Assembly: GCA_003990765.1 (NCBI GenBank)
Contig: RBNJ01000151.1
Location: forward strand, 1-39,138
Source: Jimgerdemannia flammicorona
Taxonomy: Eukaryota
Length of the DNA stretch: 39,138 nucleotides
Reading direction: 5' to 3'
How positions within the stretch are numbered: position 1 is the first letter of the stretch; the number at the start of each line of letters is the position of its first letter. Positions 23,162-36,018 of the stretch are shown piece by piece. Both the position numbers and the translations under genes were made by a program. Under the pieces are notes generated by a model, which was given only the letters and a program-made list of their open reading frames with translations, was not told the DNA's origin and did no database searches.

Positions 23162-24551
23162 TTACAACTTAGCCTGGCCCCCAGGATCTGCGACGGCAGG
23201 TGCACACACCTGCCCGCGCCACAGGCTCCTCACCACCCTGCCGCCGAGCACGTGGCGGTCGATGATGGCCTCCACGTGGCACGGACGCACGTTGCCATAC
23301 ATGTGGCCGCCGAGCGTGGGTGTGTGGATGATAACGTTGCCGGCGAATTTGTGGCCTAGTCGGTAGGGAAGAGTGTGAAAATATGATCGCGGTGCGGTGC
23401 TCAATAACGCTAATCATAATTGTAAATATGGAAACATGGATATAAGTCAAATACCTACCGCCAACGTGACTCGTCCCAAACACCTCAACTACCTTTCCCC
23501 CCGTGAGTTCGCGAGCCCTTTCCGCGCCCTCCCCCTCATCCTCTACAACCTCGGTACCACGGCAACCCAAAACCTCCTTCTTCGCCAACACCCTCTTAAA
23601 TTCCTGGATAATTAGCGGCCCGAGCACGCCGCACCTCTTATCGCGGCGGGTGTGCGTGCACACGAGGACGACGGCATGGGTCGTGGGGCGCAAGTCACGG
23701 TGCGGGAGGAACGCGGGGGCTTGCGATGTAGACGGGTTCAGGCTGCTCATCAGGATGGAGAAAGTGGAAGGCTTGGACGGGATGGTTAGGTGCGGCTCGA
23801 TATCGTAATAGAGTTTGAAGTCTGGGAAGAGGAGAATATCCGACGTGGGCCAGGTGGTGGTTGTGGGGTTGCGTTCTGACCGGATACGGTCGCACGCCGT
23901 GACAAAGAGGTTGTCGCCCGAATTTGTGGCTTCATGGCTTGATGCCATCTGAGAGTCCAAACCTTCCTTGCTCCCCACGCTCGACGTCTTGAACTCATCA
24001 ACCAGCGCCTTTATCGCGTTCTCGTCACTTTTCTTCGAATGAATAATGACCTCTCCCTCCCCCCTCCTCGTGGCCTCCCCCTCTCCCCTCTCGTGCTCAC
24101 TAAGCATCCACTCCCTCTTCACCTTCTGCACCGCCTCAATGACTCCTCCCTCGGCGGCTTCGACCTTCGCGCGCATCCACTCAGGCGCGTCCTCTCCGAC
24201 GCACGCGACGAGATGACGGCGGTAAGTCTTGGAAATCGCCATCGCGTCCGCTAGGTCGATCATGGCCCCGATCACTCCGGGGATCGGGTGCCGTTTGCAA
24301 GGGATGAAACCGTTGGGCTTGGCGGCAGAACAGCTCGCGGCATCACAGCAAGGGGAGAAGCGATCTAATGGAGGGAGATCGATATCGAAGGGCGGGAGGG
24401 TTTGGGGATTGGAGGTGGCGGTGTGTGTGGCCATGGAGAATGATGGATGTAGTATTTCGGGTAATGCAAAAAAACGTGTTTTTGACGGACTTGTGCAAAG
24501 AAGGGGACGCGGGAGGAGCCTGGCAAAGGGCATGATTCTTGTAGCAGCCAT
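23162..24551 (-). CDS. sucrase/ferredoxin-like (Apd1/Aim32 family) [2Fe-2S] protein; intron 23458-23356
   Basis: LVCTHTRRDKRCG (C-x8-C), SHVGG|HKFAGNVII, MYGNVRP and LWRG. Confidence 0.9.
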
Positions 24552-24689
24552 TCTGATCTGGATAGAGAGCTTCCATTTCTGACGACATTCGTTCGTCAGA
24601 CAACCCTTTCACGTGATGCCCTGACCAAGCCACCCGGAATTCGCTGGTTCGGCTACCCGCCAGCCACCATCCTCATCCCCTTGTCAGCC
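24552..24689. promoter_or_regulatory. compact bidirectional promoter with a TCACGTGA E-box
   Basis: 138 bp between divergent start codons; palindromic TCACGTGA at 24609-24616. Confidence 0.65.
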
Positions 24690-25730
24690 ATGACTAACCC
24701 GGAGCCCGCCCAAGAAGTTGCCCCCGTCACACACACCTCGCCGGCAGAGGAGATCGCAAGCTCGTCGGTGGACGCCAACCAAAACCATGCCGAGGTCCCC
24801 CAAGCTGAGGACGAGGAAGAGGAGTTCTTTGACGCACACGAGCAAGACCCTGTGGAAATCGAGGTAGTTTATTAATTCGAGGATGGTTGCGATATCATCT
24901 AAGTTACCTGCCGGCTTACATTACTATGAACCGCATTCATCTTGTATACCACCACCCTCCACGAAACCAGCGTCTACTATCGGAAGCCAATGAACACAAG
25001 AACGCCGGCAATCAATACTTCGCCACGGGACGGTATCAGGAGGCGATAAGCGAATACGAAGAGGCGTTGGGAATATGTCCCGAGGTTAAAGCGGAGGAGC
25101 GCGCGGTTTACTGGGGAAACATTGGCGCGTGTTACATGAAAATGGTGGGTATGCCGAAAAGAGTGTTCACAATATACCATAAACCTTGCAGAATATGTTC
25201 ACACTAACCCTTCCCACGACGGCCATGCTCCGCAGGAGGACTACAAGCAAGCTGAAGAAGCGTGCACCGAGTCGCTCACGCTTTCTCCACAGTACGCCAA
25301 ATCGCTTCTGCGGCGTGCGCAGGCTCGCGAGAAGCTGGGTACGTATTCTGCCATGTCGGACGCACTCGAGGACTACCGTGCGCTGCGGGATTTGAAGGAT
25401 ACGAACGACTACACGAGGCACGAATGCGAGAAGGCCGAGCGGAGGTTGCCCCCTCTGCTTAAAGAGAGGATGGAGAAGGAAAAGGAGGAAATGCTAGGTG
25501 AGTATGGTTGATGGATTTGGTGTGGACAGAGAGAGTGTGTGATGGGAGGGTGTCTAGGGTGATGCTTATTTATTTGGCCATCGGGAAACTAAACATTCGT
25601 AGGCAAACTCAAGGACTTGGGCAACACGCTACTCGGTAAGTTCGGTTTGTCGACGGACAACTTCCAGATGAAGCAGGATCCCGGGTCGGGGTCGTATAGC
25701 ATGAATTTTGTAAATAATCCCAAGAAGTGA
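24690..25730 (+). CDS. TTC1: TPR protein, TTC1-like (exons 24690-24863, 24971-25144, 25236-25497, 25603-25730)
   Basis: [24 protein letters not shown]-terminal [35 protein letters not shown]. Confidence 0.9.
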
Positions 25731-26384
25731 GTGTAATGGGCGCGCGTCCGTTCGCAGATATTTGTATAATATGAACAAATGCTTTATGATTGATATGATA
25801 CGGCAGTCTTCTGTGCTTGATTGGTATATCGTGAGCTTTAATGGCTATGGCGGTGCTGTGCCGTAGATACCATCACCGTAATGGAAACCAATGATATAGG
25901 GATCTGAGCAACAGATCTTTCTGAATTACTACATTTTTATATTGCGGCAGGCCACTGGCGTGAAGTTTCAGCGACAGCCAGACCCCATAGCCTACGTGAA
26001 GATCCGATCCGCGTCCTGCACATCATGAAATATCGATCCCCATGACCGTTCGACAATATTTCAAGTCTTTCATTGAAAAAGGCGACGACGAGCTCCTATT
26101 TTCATTTGAGACTATCTTTCATCGCCTAACGACGAGAAGTATAAGAAAATCAGTGAGGGTAGCAGCATAGCATCTCTCGAGTCTCCGCTAAATAATTGAA
26201 GGGTTATTGAGGGCCTCGATCAGAGAACCTAACGCTCCCGTACAATCAGGAAAGCGTGGGTGCCTTGTTTTGCGTGGGATTTTTCTGTCGCCTGCTCCTA
26301 TGATACTGTGTATCAAGAATTGGTCACGTGCAAGCACCCATATTGTCACGAAAGTAGAGAGCCTCCAACACCAACCAAGAAACA

Positions 26385-28069
26385 ATGAGTCTGGCTGCAA
26401 GAGGCTCCCGCGTCGTGTTCGTTGGAAACATCCCTTACGAGCTCACCGAGGAACAGCTCGTCGACGTTTTCAAGGAGGCGGGGCCCGTCGTCTCCTTTCG
26501 TCTGGTCTTTGACAGGGACACAGGGAGGCCAAAAGGATACGGCTTCTGCGAGTACCATGGTAAGTAGGCCATCCACCACTCGCCTTTCCTCTCCTTTCAA
26601 CGCGCGATTTGCAATTGAACGTCTATTTCTCTGCAGACGCCGAAACCGCCGCTAGCGCCGTCCGGAACCTGAACAATTACGATGTCGGCGGCCGCCAGCT
26701 CCGCGTCGACTACGCCGAGGCCGACCCCATGATCGAGGCTGCGCGTGCGCAGGAGCAGGCAGGGGTAAGCCTGTCTTTCCTCCTCTACCCTCTCATCTCG
26801 CTTTACTTCACCAATGCTAATCCCAGCTCCCCAACTCCCACAGTACGGCTCCTCAGGTCCATCTCAGCCGCGATCAGCTCAACCCGTCTACCAGCAGCAA
26901 CAGCAGCCGCAGCCACAACAGCAAGCGCCCCTACAACACCAGCCGGCACCGCAGGCCCTCCCGACGGCGGCGCCTCAGGTGCAGGGACAGTCGGCTATGG
27001 ACGCCATTACGAAGACTCTCGCAGCCATGAATCCGACGCAGCTATTTGAACTGATGACGCAGATGAAGGTGGGTTTTTTGGGCGGGCTCGGATGTGTACG
27101 GGACAAGGATGAAGAAGGCGATGAAAACCGTGTCCTAGGTAGCTTTGCTTATGACGTTCTTTTCATGTTGGATCTATGCAGGCTCTCGTGCAAAGCAATC
27201 CGGATCAAGCGCGCGGCCTTCTTGCAAGCCAGCCCCAGCTAGCCTACGCTCTGTTCCAGGCCATGACCATGATGGGCATTGTGGACCCCGCGGTCGTCCA
27301 GGTAACTGATATTTTTCCTTCTTCTCCCTCCAGTGTTTGAATTCCCTCCAACCCCCTCCAACCCCTTCCAACTTCCAACAGCGCATCCTCGCCCCGCAGA
27401 TCGCGGTCCTCCAGCCACTACCGCAACCCCCGCAACCCCCCCAACCCCCGCAGCCGCAGCTCATCCCGGCTGCTTACGCCGCTGCGTATCCCCCGCAGCC
27501 CACCGTCGTCGCCTCCACGCTGACCGCACCCGTGCAGCCGGCGCAGCCTATCATGCAGCCCCAGGCGCCGATGATGGCGGCGGCGGGGTTGAGTGAGTTT
27601 GTGTGGTTGGAGCTGAGTCTGTTTGGGAAAGGGGGTGGGGGTGGACTTGCGTGGTGTCATAATGGCTATTAGTTGTTTCAACAATATTTACTCCCTTTTG
27701 CTAATCTCGCAGCGGACGCGCAAGAGCAACAGAGGGTAAGAACAATTTTTCTATGCGCCTCCTCGTTATGTTTTTACTTTCAAAGTACCCGATGTCCTAC
27801 TTACCAACATCGCCCAATTCTCTCTCGCGCTCACCTGATCTCAGGCCTTGCTAATGCAAGTCCTGTCCCTGACGGACGCCCAGATCAACTCGCTACCGCC
27901 GGACCAACGCGCAAACGTCTTGCAGCTGGTATGTTTTGTCGTGGGGCATATGGAGGTGCATTGCCGGACTTGTGTTTAGCTTGGCGAAACGGCCCCCACT
28001 ATTGACTTGCCCTGTTTATTCTGCAATCGTGACCCACAGAAACAGCAAATCTTGATGAGCCAGACGTGA
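26385..28069 (+). CDS. CSTF2: cleavage stimulation factor 64-kDa subunit / RNA15 (multi-exon)
   Basis: [12 protein letters not shown]...[10 protein letters not shown], hinge NPDQARGLL...QLAYALFQA, and C-terminal [20 protein letters not shown]. Confidence 0.93.
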
Positions 28070-28285
28070 GCCACGCCGGACGTGATCGTTCGATGGCACT
28101 GCTCAGCGCCCGTGTTCCAATTGCGTTATAGGGCGACCGTGAGTTGGCGATTCGAGGTCCCTCGTAGATTTGGTGAACCTGGATGGGACGTTGCCCTTAT
28201 TTTCTCGCTTGGGCGATATTACTTGGTCGAGGGGCATTGTTGATGATGTACAGTAAAGGTTTTATGTTTTCAATTCCGCGTTTTG

Positions 28286-28288
<3 letters not shown>

Positions 28289-28338
<50 letters not shown>
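28289..28338. repeat. 50-nt poly(T) tract (poly(A) on the minus strand)
   Basis: Homopolymer seen directly, just beyond the 3' region of the Fanzor-like relic. Confidence 0.95.
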
Positions 28339-28339
<1 letters not shown>

Positions 28340-28549
28340 TTTTTTGATGGAACCCGGTTTAGATATACAATTCATGTACAGGATACGTAATCCAAATAAA
28401 TTTGGCTGATGTTCTCTCTGACTCAAAGTTGGGTCAATTATTCCCACCAGATGGGTCTAAGCGATCAACACTAGCTATCACTAATCAACACTAGTCAACT
28501 AATAAAAACACGTGCTTTTCACCCCGTACACTTATGTGCAGCAAAGCCT

Positions 28550-29110
28550 TCATTGAGATCCTTCGAGAAAGAGAACCCCCCTCAAAAAGATCCCTCGGGC
28601 GCCGTTGACATCCCTGTCAACCACTCATCTACAATTTCCACACTGGAAAACCTTCTGACCACCCAATCTATGATGAATCCACCCACACGTACTGTAGGTT
28701 TTCAATTTGTATGCCTCAGATATGGTCACAACCTTCTTACCCAGCTCCTCTGCCTTGCTGAGCAGCTGGTTGAGGAAACACCCATGACTCCAAGTCAACA
28801 TCTTGCAAACATTGCACCTGCTAAGCCACCTCTTGTTCTTTCTTACATTGATTATGAGTTGAATCATGAAATGATCACTATGTCAAATGTCCTCAGTAGT
28901 TACAGCACCACCTTCTTATGAACCTTGTCAACCAGGTTCTGTACCTGTTGGCACATATATGCTTGGGCATGATGGAACTTGCCACATCATCATGCTGGTG
29001 CCTTCTTTTCTGTATGTGAGATTATCAAGTACAAGCAACAACCAAACTATATATTGGATGTTATTTTCACCAAAGTAGTCATATTCTTATATGAGTAAAT
29101 ACCTGATGAA
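28550..29110 (-). pseudogene. Fanzor/TnpB-family RuvC nuclease, C-terminal half, decayed
   Basis: QNLVDKVHKK...FDIVII, MLTWSH, VVTISEAY (RuvC-II Glu), STCGWIHHRLGGQKVFQCGNC (Zn finger) and VDRDVNGARGIFLR (RuvC-III). Confidence 0.85.
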
Positions 29111-29877
29111 TAATGAATGATCAAGGTTAAAAGACTGTGATTCATCAATAATAAAAGAAAAATGAAATGTAAATGAAAAACAAAAAATGAAATATAAATA
29201 AAATATATGCAAATGAAAAATAAAATATAAAAAATTATTATGTCAAAAATGTGTGAACACTAGGATTGATGGTGTAGATATTGATCATATCTGCTTGATC
29301 TTCACAAACTAATACAACCTCTTTACTATATATCCAGATAAATATCTACTGTCTGAGCTACTGATTGTATGAAAGCTTAAAGTTTATCTCAATAAGCCCT
29401 TCTTCATTTGGCTAGTAGTAATTCTTTCACTGGTATTTGTAGTATAGTAGTGATTTTATTTTATAATGCAGATGTTCTGGATCTGTAGATATCAGCTCCT
29501 TGTTATGCAGCAGGTAAAGGTAGAATTAAAGGGATGTCCTACAGTACTAGATATAAATCATAATAGTCTGAACAAGATTTTTCTTAGTTATAAAACCAAG
29601 GCAGTATTGTGACTACTGTTCTGTCTTTATAAGGTTATCATTGTGTCAATACACCTCATCTGCCTAGATTGCTGATGTGATTATATAGTCTAGAACCTCA
29701 TATGTGACTATCTTTATAAAATACTAGTAATATATAATCCAGATCTCATATTTCAAGAGAATGTGGAAGAAGAACTGGTGGTTGCAATATTTTGTTTGCT
29801 GATAGTTGGCAATAACTATATTATATATAACTCTTTTTTAAAAAGAAAGAAAATATATTAATAACAAGTTTAGATAA

Positions 29878-29944
<67 letters not shown>

Positions 29945-31250
29945 TACCTAGTATATATAACCTATCTATTGTTTCATCAATAAACTCTACCTTGCATTTA
30001 AATATACCCCCATCTTTATTGATCTTATCACTGTATCTATTACTTGCCACTTCTTACAATAGTGTGATTTTTATTTGGGCTTACTACTACTATAGCTACT
30101 ACTATTACTTTCTAAGCCACTAATACTGTCTTATTCATCTATCTTGAAGCTAACAAATAAAAATAGTATTGATGGCCATGAGGTCTTCTATAAGTTCTTT
30201 GAAATTATCAGAGATATTATTTACTAAGAGAACTATAATTTTAGTTCTATTGAGTTGAAAGATATAACTGAGGAGGTCAAAGGTGAACTGATAGAGATAA
30301 TCTCTCTAGATAAGTATAATCTAATAATATTTAATGTATAATTTGGGTTTTTTTTTTTTTTTTAAAAAAAAAAAGTATTTTCAAATAAGAACTAGTAAAG
30401 TATTGGGAAAAGATGAAACAATTCCAAAAGTAAGTTAAAAGTTTTGATATTTTTCATCAGAAAAATAATACTACATATAATAATAAATGAATATTATATC
30501 TGCATACTGAGAGGATTCCTACTCACATTGCTACTAGAGAGAATTCATACAACTTATATTGCTAGAGAGAATTTATATCATCTATATTATTAGAGAGAAT
30601 TCATGCTATCTGTATTACTGGAGAGGTTTCCACATTATTAGAGAGGATTAATACTATCTGTATTGCTGGAGAGGATTCACACCTGTATTGCTAAAAGATT
30701 TAGAAAATTACTCACTTCTTTAATTAGTCTGTAATATGAGAGTTTTAGTAAGAAATACAATCCAGACCTCTTGAAGTTGATTCCACTCTCAATATCTGAG
30801 ATGAGCTTGTATTGGGGGTGTTTATTGAGGAGGAGTTGCTTTTGCTACTTGAGATTGACTTTCTGCTTAGCACTCAAGATATAGGTATAGATATAGTTTT
30901 TTGAGCTTGATAATGATAGAGTTCTGCTAGAGGATCTGAGAGAGATAGTAGAGGAGAAAGAGGAGGAGGAGGAAGAGGAGAGGGCAGTTTGTCTCTGTCC
31001 AGATTCCATGATACTAGTGACATCATAGAGTCAAACACCACTTAGAGATTGGAGTACAGTGATTTTGCCTTGATAATACCAGTAATGAAGAGTATATAAA
31101 GAGACACCAAGTTTTGAGGATACTTGAGTAGTAGTAAGAAGCATATTTTCATGTTAAAGAATAAAGAAACAAATGTGAAGAATACCTCTTTACTTGCTTA
31201 ATATATGTGGATTTTGTTTTTGTTTTTGTTCTCGCTATGGAAAAAGGACT
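29111..31250. mobile_element. AT-shifted, CpG-depleted relic DNA of unknown origin
   Basis: Virtually no CpG, long A/T homopolymers, residual Ser-rich coding pattern on the minus strand. Confidence 0.4.
30497..30700. repeat. degenerate ~27-bp tandem repeat
   Basis: About 8 imperfect copies of atctgtattgctggagaggattcatac. Confidence 0.7.
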
Positions 31251-31361
31251 ATTCAAGACTAGTCAAGTGATTTTAACAAATTCGCGGTATAATGCGCGTC
31301 ACGTGTGGTATAAAACGCTCCGTATATCTTGTTCCTTCGATCTGTTCTCTTGTCACAAACT

Positions 31362-34046
31362 ATGCAGCCCGTAGACTTCAAATCAGAGCAACCCGTGCGC
31401 ATCGGTTGCTACTCCGCCTTCTGGGGCGATTCCGTCGCGGCCGCCGAGCAGCTGGTTAAAAAGGAGGGCAAGAACCTCGACTATCTGGTCGCTGATTACC
31501 TCGCAGGTATGTCCGATACCGGCCAAGGACGGGTCGGGTTGTCGTGTCTTCTCGTCTTATTTCATCAACGAGTCTCTTCACATTCCACATCTGCACAGAG
31601 GTGACTATGGGCCTCCTTGCCCGCCGACGCACTTCGTCCTCTAAGGACCTCGGCGGCGCCGGCGCCGGCGGCTATGTAGCCGAATTCATCACCCTCGTCC
31701 TCTCGCGCCTCCTCCCTGACATCGCAAAGCATGGCATCAAAATCGTTACCAACGCTGGCGGCTTAGACCCGCTCGCCTGCAAAGATGCCATCGAATCCGC
31801 CCTCCGCGACGCCGGCATCCCTGACGGCCAAATTATCGTCGCTGCCGTCTCGGGCGACGACCTCCTAGGCGAGACCTTCACGCGCCTCCGATCTTCAAAT
31901 CAGGTCCTTGGCTTTAGCGGCGTAGACCATGGCGGCGTCCCGACGTCGTCTCCCCTTGCCGACTCTCTTCCGCCAGATTCCAAACCACCCGTCTCGCTCA
32001 ACGCGTACCTAGGAGCGATTCCCATCGCTCGCGCGCTCTCGGGTGGCGCGCACATCGTCGTGACTGGTCGCGTGGTTGACTCTGCGCTGGTTCTCGGACC
32101 ACTGATGCACGAGTATGGTTGGGACCCTAGCAAGGATTTCGACCGGCTTGCGGCGGGGTCGCTGGCGGGACATATTATCGAGTGCGGATGCCAAGCGACG
32201 GGCGGGAATTTCACAGATTGGGAGGCGAGCGCATTCTCGCCGTATGGTGGGTGGTCGAATATGGGGTACCCCGTTGTCGAATGTTTCGAGGATGGGAGTT
32301 TCGTTGTGACAAAACCAAAAGGAACGGGTGGGCTCGTTACGCCGGCCACGGTGGGGGAACAGATGGTGTATGAGGTGCTTGATCCGGGCGCCTACTTGTT
32401 ACCGGACGTGGTGTTGGATTTGAGATATGTGAAGTTGAGCCAGATCGGGAAGGATCGCGTGCTCGTGACGGGGGCGAGGGGAAGGAGGCCGACGAAGCTG
32501 GTCAAGTGCTCCGGGGTGTATGTCGATGGATATAAGATGTCGGGAGAGCTGGTGGTTGGTGGTATGGATGCTTATCAGAAGGTATAACTTTTATTTGAGT
32601 AATATTATTTGCATTTACATTGTCAGATGTGTTCAAGAATCGCCTCCGGATGAATTTTAACCACGACTTTCTTTCAATACCAAACTCCCTCCCAGTCCGT
32701 CGCCCTCGGTCAAGCCATCATTACTCGCTCTCAAAGCATGATCAAGCGCCTTGGCATGCCAAATTTCCGCGGCATTAACATCGAGCCACTGGGCGCAGAA
32801 TATATCTACGGGTAAGGCGCAGCACTCACGTTTCCCGCTCATTGCTGCCACCATCTTCATTCTGCGACTGATATATCATACCCGCCGATACGCACGCATG
32901 CAGCCCGAACTCAAGAGCCCGTGCGACGCGCGAGGTCGTGTTGAGGATCACGGCGCACCACGACAACAAGAAGGCTCTGGGTGTGTTTGGGATGGAGGTG
33001 GCGCCGGTGAGTGGGTGAATTGGAGTTGATGGCAGAGATCGAGGATAATCGCATTAGTCACCGATTGTTTCTTAGCCGGTACATTCGTCGTTGTCGATTC
33101 GTCTAGGCTGCCACGTGCATGGCGCCAGGTATCACAGGTTTGTACGGACGTGACGCTTTTGTGATACCTATTCTTTTCGCCATATCAGCGCATCTACTTT
33201 AAGTCCGTGCTCACATATTCTCCAATCTCACCCACCACCAGGCGGCGGCTCCGGCCGACCCCACCCCTCTCCTAACCTAGTTCACTTCTCCTGCCTGGTC
33301 CCAAAGTCCGCCGTCCCTGCCCGGTTGACCATTGGCGCCAGCGAGACCTGCGTCGTCGACTGGGAGGTCGAGGGTGCCGAGGGCCAACACGTTCCGCCAC
33401 CGCTTGAGCCCGAGGTCGGGGCTCCGCAAATCATCAGCGGTACCATGACCAATAGAGTGCCGCTCATCAAGGTCGCATACGGGAGGAGCGGGGATAAGGG
33501 TGATTGCTGCAATATTGGTATGCGTGGTTTTCGTCCGGCTATTCAATATTGGGTAAAATATGGTGGAGTAGGGCGAGGCTTCGCATTCGATATCTCTTAT
33601 GTCTTTTTGTGTCTCCAGGCATCATCGCCCGCAACCCCAAATACTACCCCTACCTCATACAAGCACTCACGGAACAGGTGAATACTCTGCTTTCAAACAG
33701 TCTTGTATGCCCATCGTTTTCGTTCTAACACCTAAACCCCGTTCCATCAGGTCGTCGCAGACTACATGGCGCATCTGTGCGAGGGCACCGTCAAGCGGTA
33801 CGAGCTCCCCGGTTCGAACGCGTTGAACTTCGTATTAACGAGGAGTTTGGGTACGTGTGTCCCATGTTTTGGGCCGATTGGGGTTCCTTTGTCAACGCGT
33901 CAATAACTACGTTTGGTTTACTTATATCAGGCGGCGGCGGCCTCAGCTCCCTCCGGGTCGATCGCCAGGGCAAGACGTACGCACAGATGCTGCTCTCCGG
34001 AATTATGGTCGAGATACCCGCGGAGATGGTAGCGGCCAAGCTATGA
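31362..34046 (+). CDS. AtuA / DUF1446 acyclic terpene utilization family protein (9 exons)
   Basis: [62 protein letters not shown] and [12 protein letters not shown]. Confidence 0.92.
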
Positions 34047-34270
34047 AGTGGTTGCACCTAGTGATAGTGAAGGATGTCATTGATATTGTGTAGTAGATGG
34101 TTGGCATTGTGTAATTTCGCGATAATTGTGTGAAACCACGTGTTTATAACAGTCACATAATTCAGGACGTGTCTCTCAGCTATTAGGCTATTAGAGCACT
34201 GTTGGCTTTTAGAGCACCAGACTCTGTTTGTCGGGAACCCTGAGATCCTCCACTCCTCCACCCCCATACC

Positions 34271-36018
34271 ATGCTCTCGCCAGCAACAGCGATAACTCTC
34301 GCCTCAACCGTCGTGGTCTCCCTGGCCGTCATAGTCAGCACCGCCCATGACCCCCTCACCGTCTCCGTGGGCTTTTCCGTCATCGCTGCCATAGCTACCT
34401 TCCGGATCATACCCCCGCTCAAGGATACCTTTATCGCTGCGAAAATAGTCGGCACTGATGTCCTCAAAAAAGAAAGGCCCGTCATGTAAGACTCTTCTCC
34501 GTTGTATGCAAGAACTGCCGAGAATAACAGACATTAATCCATCATCATTCCGCATATGCAGCCCGGAAACCATGGGTCTAGTCTGCGCGTTCGTCTACCT
34601 CACGGCCCTATTCCTCTTCATCCCCTTCCCCTTCATGGAATGGCTTAACGGTCACGGCACCGTGAAACATATCGACGTGTCCTCCATCCCAACCTTCCCC
34701 TATCACAAGGTGAGCGAGCGTGCGACCCGACCCCCCTTTACTTCTCATCTCGTTTCCTCACCTACACCCGGCATTCTCATATAGCTCGGCGAGATCCTAT
34801 CTGCGATTCTGGCTCTCCAGTCGATGATCCTGCTCGGCTTTGCTGATGACGTCTTCGACGTTCGTTGGCGACATAAGCTGTACCTCCCCGCCGTCGCGTC
34901 CATTCCCCTGCTCATCGTCTATTACGTCAACTTTGGCGTCACGCATGTCGTTGTGCCAATACCTTTTAGGCCCTGGCTTGGGCGTATCGTCGACTTGGGT
35001 ATTTCTTTGTCCTCTTTTTGGGCCGCTTATACAGGAGAAGGACCAGCTGGGGACTCCTTTACCCCTCCATAACTTCTTTCTTCCCATTGCATCTCTCGGC
35101 ACCTAGGACTGCTCTACTATGTGTACATGACAATGGTGGCCATCTTTTGCACGCACAGTATCAACATCCTGGCCGGGATCAACGGCGTTGAGGCTGGTCA
35201 GTCGCTCATCATCGCCATCTCCGTCGCTGCCAACGATCTTCTCTTCATCAACGGGACCGATCCGGCCAGCGTTGAAGCTCACCTTCTCAGCCTCTACTTC
35301 ATGCTACCGTTCATAGGGGTTACGGTGGGGCTGTTATGGCACAACTGGTGGGTGTTTTTTTTTTTTCTTTTTTTTCTTTTTACTTTTTTTATGGGGGAGG
35401 GGATTTTGCCAGGAAGGTAGTCGGTTCCGTACGCCAAACGATAGGCTTTAAATGCGACCACTCGTTGACCCTCATCTTCCAAACAATACCCACTCCCCCG
35501 TGCGTATTCATAGGTTTCCTGCGCGCGTCTTCGTCGGCGACACCTATTGCTACTTCGCGGGCATGACTTTTGCCGTGGTTGGGATTCTAGGCCATTTCAG
35601 CAAGACACTCCTCCTCTTCTTCTTGCCTCAGATCTTCAACTTCCTCTACTCTGCGCCGCAAGTCTTCCATCTAGTCGAGTGCCCTCGCCACCGGATGCCG
35701 CGGCTGAACGCCGACACCGGCCGGCTGGAATACTCGCGCGCGCCGCTGAAAAAGAAGCCCGTCGGCACGTTAGGAAGGCTGATCCTGTGGGTCTTCGAGA
35801 CCGTGGGGATTGCGGTGATTGAGAGAGATGAAGACGGGAGGGTAGTTGAGACGAATAATTTCACGCTTATTAATCTGTTACTTGTCAAGTTGGGTCCAAT
35901 GAGTGAGGGGAGAGTCACCGCCGCGGTGATGGTCGTGCAGGTTATGTGTAGCTTGTTGGCGTTCTTTGTGAGGTATAGATTGGTGAGGTTCGTATACGAT
36001 GGGGATGGTTTGGCGTGA
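34271..36018 (+). CDS. ALG7: UDP-GlcNAc:dolichyl-phosphate GlcNAc-1-phosphate transferase
   Basis: [53 protein letters not shown] and NNFTLIN. Confidence 0.96.

Noticed and set aside
20442..24551. Sulfur/Fe-S gene cluster (CDO plus ferredoxin)
   Set aside because: The neighbours are unrelated housekeeping genes, and I found no CACGTG in the CDO promoter.
28262..28447. Poly-lysine ORF
   Set aside because: Artefact of the poly(T) tract.
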